Virus record (IMG/VR): IMGVR_UViG_3300043543_000061 | Span: 1 to 28,957 of that record | Direction: 5' to 3' (one strand) | DNA length: 28,957 nt | DNA from: a virus | Lineage: Duplodnaviria > Caudoviricetes | Part shown: positions 27,235 through 28,957 of the stretch, piece after piece | How positions within the stretch are numbered: position 1 is the stretch's first letter | Layout: each line of letters starts with the position of its first letter | Translations under genes and position numbers: made by a program | Notes under the pieces: generated by a model | Seen by the model: the letters and a program-made list of their open reading frames with translations, nothing else | Database searches by the model: none | Told to the model about the DNA's origin: nothing

Positions 27235-28014
27235 ATGCCACGTATTGAGTTAATCACAGAAGTATATTATCGTCCAAACGACCCGATCCATTGGGAGATA
27301 GATAATCTGCCGCTACGGGCCATCAACCGTAGGCAGAACCTTATCAATCTGGCACTGGATAATGTAATCCAACAGTTGCGGGATGCGATTGGCACACAGG
27401 GTTCTTTCGCCAACAGGCTTAATCAGTCGATCAATGCCGATGGTAGTCTTAAGACTGAGGCTGTTAACAACACTTTACACAGCATCGAAGCCCACGAAGA
27501 CAGCGATCTTTACGTTAGGATGACGAGAGAGCAGTCTGAGAAGCTCGATCTGATCGCCGACGAAGCTACTTCTGTTTCTTTGGAAATTTACACAGACGAC
27601 ACTACTTTTATATCATTCAATGAGGGTGTTCTAAAACTCAAACCTTCTTCTACGGTGCAACCGAGTTTCGAAGCACCTGACATCCTCAAGTTAAATTTAG
27701 CGTTCCCTACTGATGCCGCCCATAGGCATCACTACGGATTGATCCCGGTTCATGATAATTTAGTCAATCCTGACTACATGAACTATAAGGTGACATCGAC
27801 CAACACAGCATTTATCGAGGGTTCGCTAAGGATTTACATTAACGGTGTACGAATCTTCGAAGATGCAGAGGTTTATGTGCCCGGTTCTATGGTAGACGAT
27901 CCGTGGACGCTCATCAGTTTCACGTCAGATCACGAAGCTGGCACATTCACACTTTCAGCAGCCATCACCGAAAATGACGTGATTCGTATAGACTTTGACG
28001 AAGCACTAAGTTAA
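27235..28014 (+). CDS. Virion structural protein (tail-fibre-like N-terminus, beta-sandwich C-terminus)
   Basis: DNLPLRAINRRQ and GSLRIYINGVRI...DVIRIDF motifs. RBS aggag. Confidence 0.55.
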   Translation: MPRIELITEVYYRPNDPIHWEIDNLPLRAINRRQNLINLALDNVIQQLRDAIGTQGSFANRLNQSINADGSLKTEAVNNTLHSIEAHEDSDLYVRMTREQSEKLDLIADEATSVSLEIYTDDTTFISFNEGVLKLKPSSTVQPSFEAPDILKLNLAFPTDAAHRHHYGLIPVHDNLVNPDYMNYKVTSTNTAFIEGSLRIYINGVRIFEDAEVYVPGSMVDDPWTLISFTSDHEAGTFTLSAAITENDVIRIDFDEALS

Positions 28015-28032
28015 AATAAGGTTGGTCTAAAC

Positions 28033-28566
28033 ATGGATGTTGGTTTCATTATCTTGTGCCCCGATAGAAATGTTGGTGGTCTTAAAAATACATTGGGTTC
28101 CATCTCCCATTATAGCTACAACAGAGAATCTATTTGTGTTGTTGGCAGTGATGTTTCTGCCAAAGAAATAAAGGAGATGAAGGCATGCTGCCAAACTTAC
28201 AAAGGCGAAGACACTATCACTAGTCTGGTGAATGTTGGCATGAAGAAGCTCAAGCACGATTGGGGCTTCATCATATTTGCTGGTAGCAGAATCCAGAATC
28301 ATCTTGAACGGAAGCTCTCGGTTTTCACTACAAAAGATTCCGACATCCTCTTCCCCGTCGTTGACAGGAAGTGCAACTTCATCGAGGGTTCGTTTAACGG
28401 AGTCCTCATCAACACAAAGTTTTTCGCAGAAGTTGGCGATTTCCCCTGCACGACAATGAAGAAACAAGGCTTGAACGATTTTGAGTTCGCTAAGATGCTT
28501 TGGGCCATTGAAGCAGTGGAAAAAGGCTGCACATTCAAGGGAATCGTAGGAATGCGAATCATCTAA
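28033..28566 (+). CDS. Degenerate GT-A (GT2-like) glycosyltransferase-fold protein
   Basis: VGFIILCPDRN..LKNTLGSI...ICVV...LVNVGMKKLKHDWGFIIFAG follows the GT2 N-terminal pattern but lacks DxD. Confidence 0.5.
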   Translation: MDVGFIILCPDRNVGGLKNTLGSISHYSYNRESICVVGSDVSAKEIKEMKACCQTYKGEDTITSLVNVGMKKLKHDWGFIIFAGSRIQNHLERKLSVFTTKDSDILFPVVDRKCNFIEGSFNGVLINTKFFAEVGDFPCTTMKKQGLNDFEFAKMLWAIEAVEKGCTFKGIVGMRII

Positions 28567-28596
28567 ACATGGTTACTGTACCGGGGCTTAATTTAT

Positions 28597-28957
28597 TCCG
28601 CCGCCGCCTGAAAACCCCTACCAATTCTGAAAAAGAATTGGTAGGTCAAAGAGCGAGCGACCGAAGGGAGCGAGCTTTGACCAGCCCTTCAGGATAGTGG
28701 GATGAAAGGCGGATGGACTGAAAATGAGCTAAAACGAAACGCAAAGTGAAGCAAATCTAAAGCAAAGTCAAAGCCAAGAACCGCAGGACAACGGGAGAAA
28801 AAATAATCGCCTGAAAATCGAAAATAGTTCGCCAAAAATCTATGTCCAATACTATACAAGCATAGAGGAACTATGGCGAGCTACACTTACAAGTTCAGGT
28901 TGTGTCCAAACAAAGAACAGGAAGTGCTGTTGAGTAAGCACTTTGGATGCTGTCGCT
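28597..28957 (+). mobile_element. IS200/IS605-family element: left end and start of tnpB (truncated by window)
   Basis: TTAT (28593-28596), 14 nt, AAAA, hairpins 28617-28700, then tnpB. Confidence 0.8.
28873..28957 (+). CDS. tnpB: TnpB N-terminus (IS605 OrfB HTH type), partial
   Basis: RBS gagg, then MASYTYKFRLCPNKEQEVLLSKHFGCCR, the classic YKFRLxP..EQ..L...FGCCR start. Confidence 0.88.
   Translation, partial: MASYTYKFRLCPNKEQEVLLSKHFGCCR

Noticed and set aside
1-28957. Stop-codon reassignment, as seen in some large phages
   Set aside because: Genes are full-length and tightly packed under code 11, and TAA, TAG and TGA all terminate genes. In-frame stops occur only in IS pseudogenes.

Overview
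This window looks like part of a large (probably jumbo) T4-like myophage genome. From 6115 to 28566 the + strand carries a virion operon: several hypothetical proteins, a gp2-like DNA end protector, a 2315-aa tape measure protein, then tube initiator, LysM/gp53, gp27-like hub, gp5-like spike, gp25, gp6, gp7/gpI-like wedge, collar/fibre proteins and a degenerate GT-A protein. The accessory region 1-6072 (- strand genes) holds an LPP20-like protein, a CCA-adding-enzyme homolog lacking its catalytic DxD, a disrupted purN-like gene, a mini-MscS-like gene and an XhlA/holin-like gene. At least five IS200/IS605-family elements plus an orphan left end are present, with no tnpA seen: two inverted tnpB pseudogene copies, two protein-free omegaRNA-only elements and a tnpB element cut by the window edge. 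Most of their ends obey the IS608 guide/cleavage-site pairing code, and all six left ends carry an extra hairpin with a GAGCGAAGCGAGC-like loop resembling single-strand replication-initiation signals. All product calls come from motif recognition by eye, not database searches.
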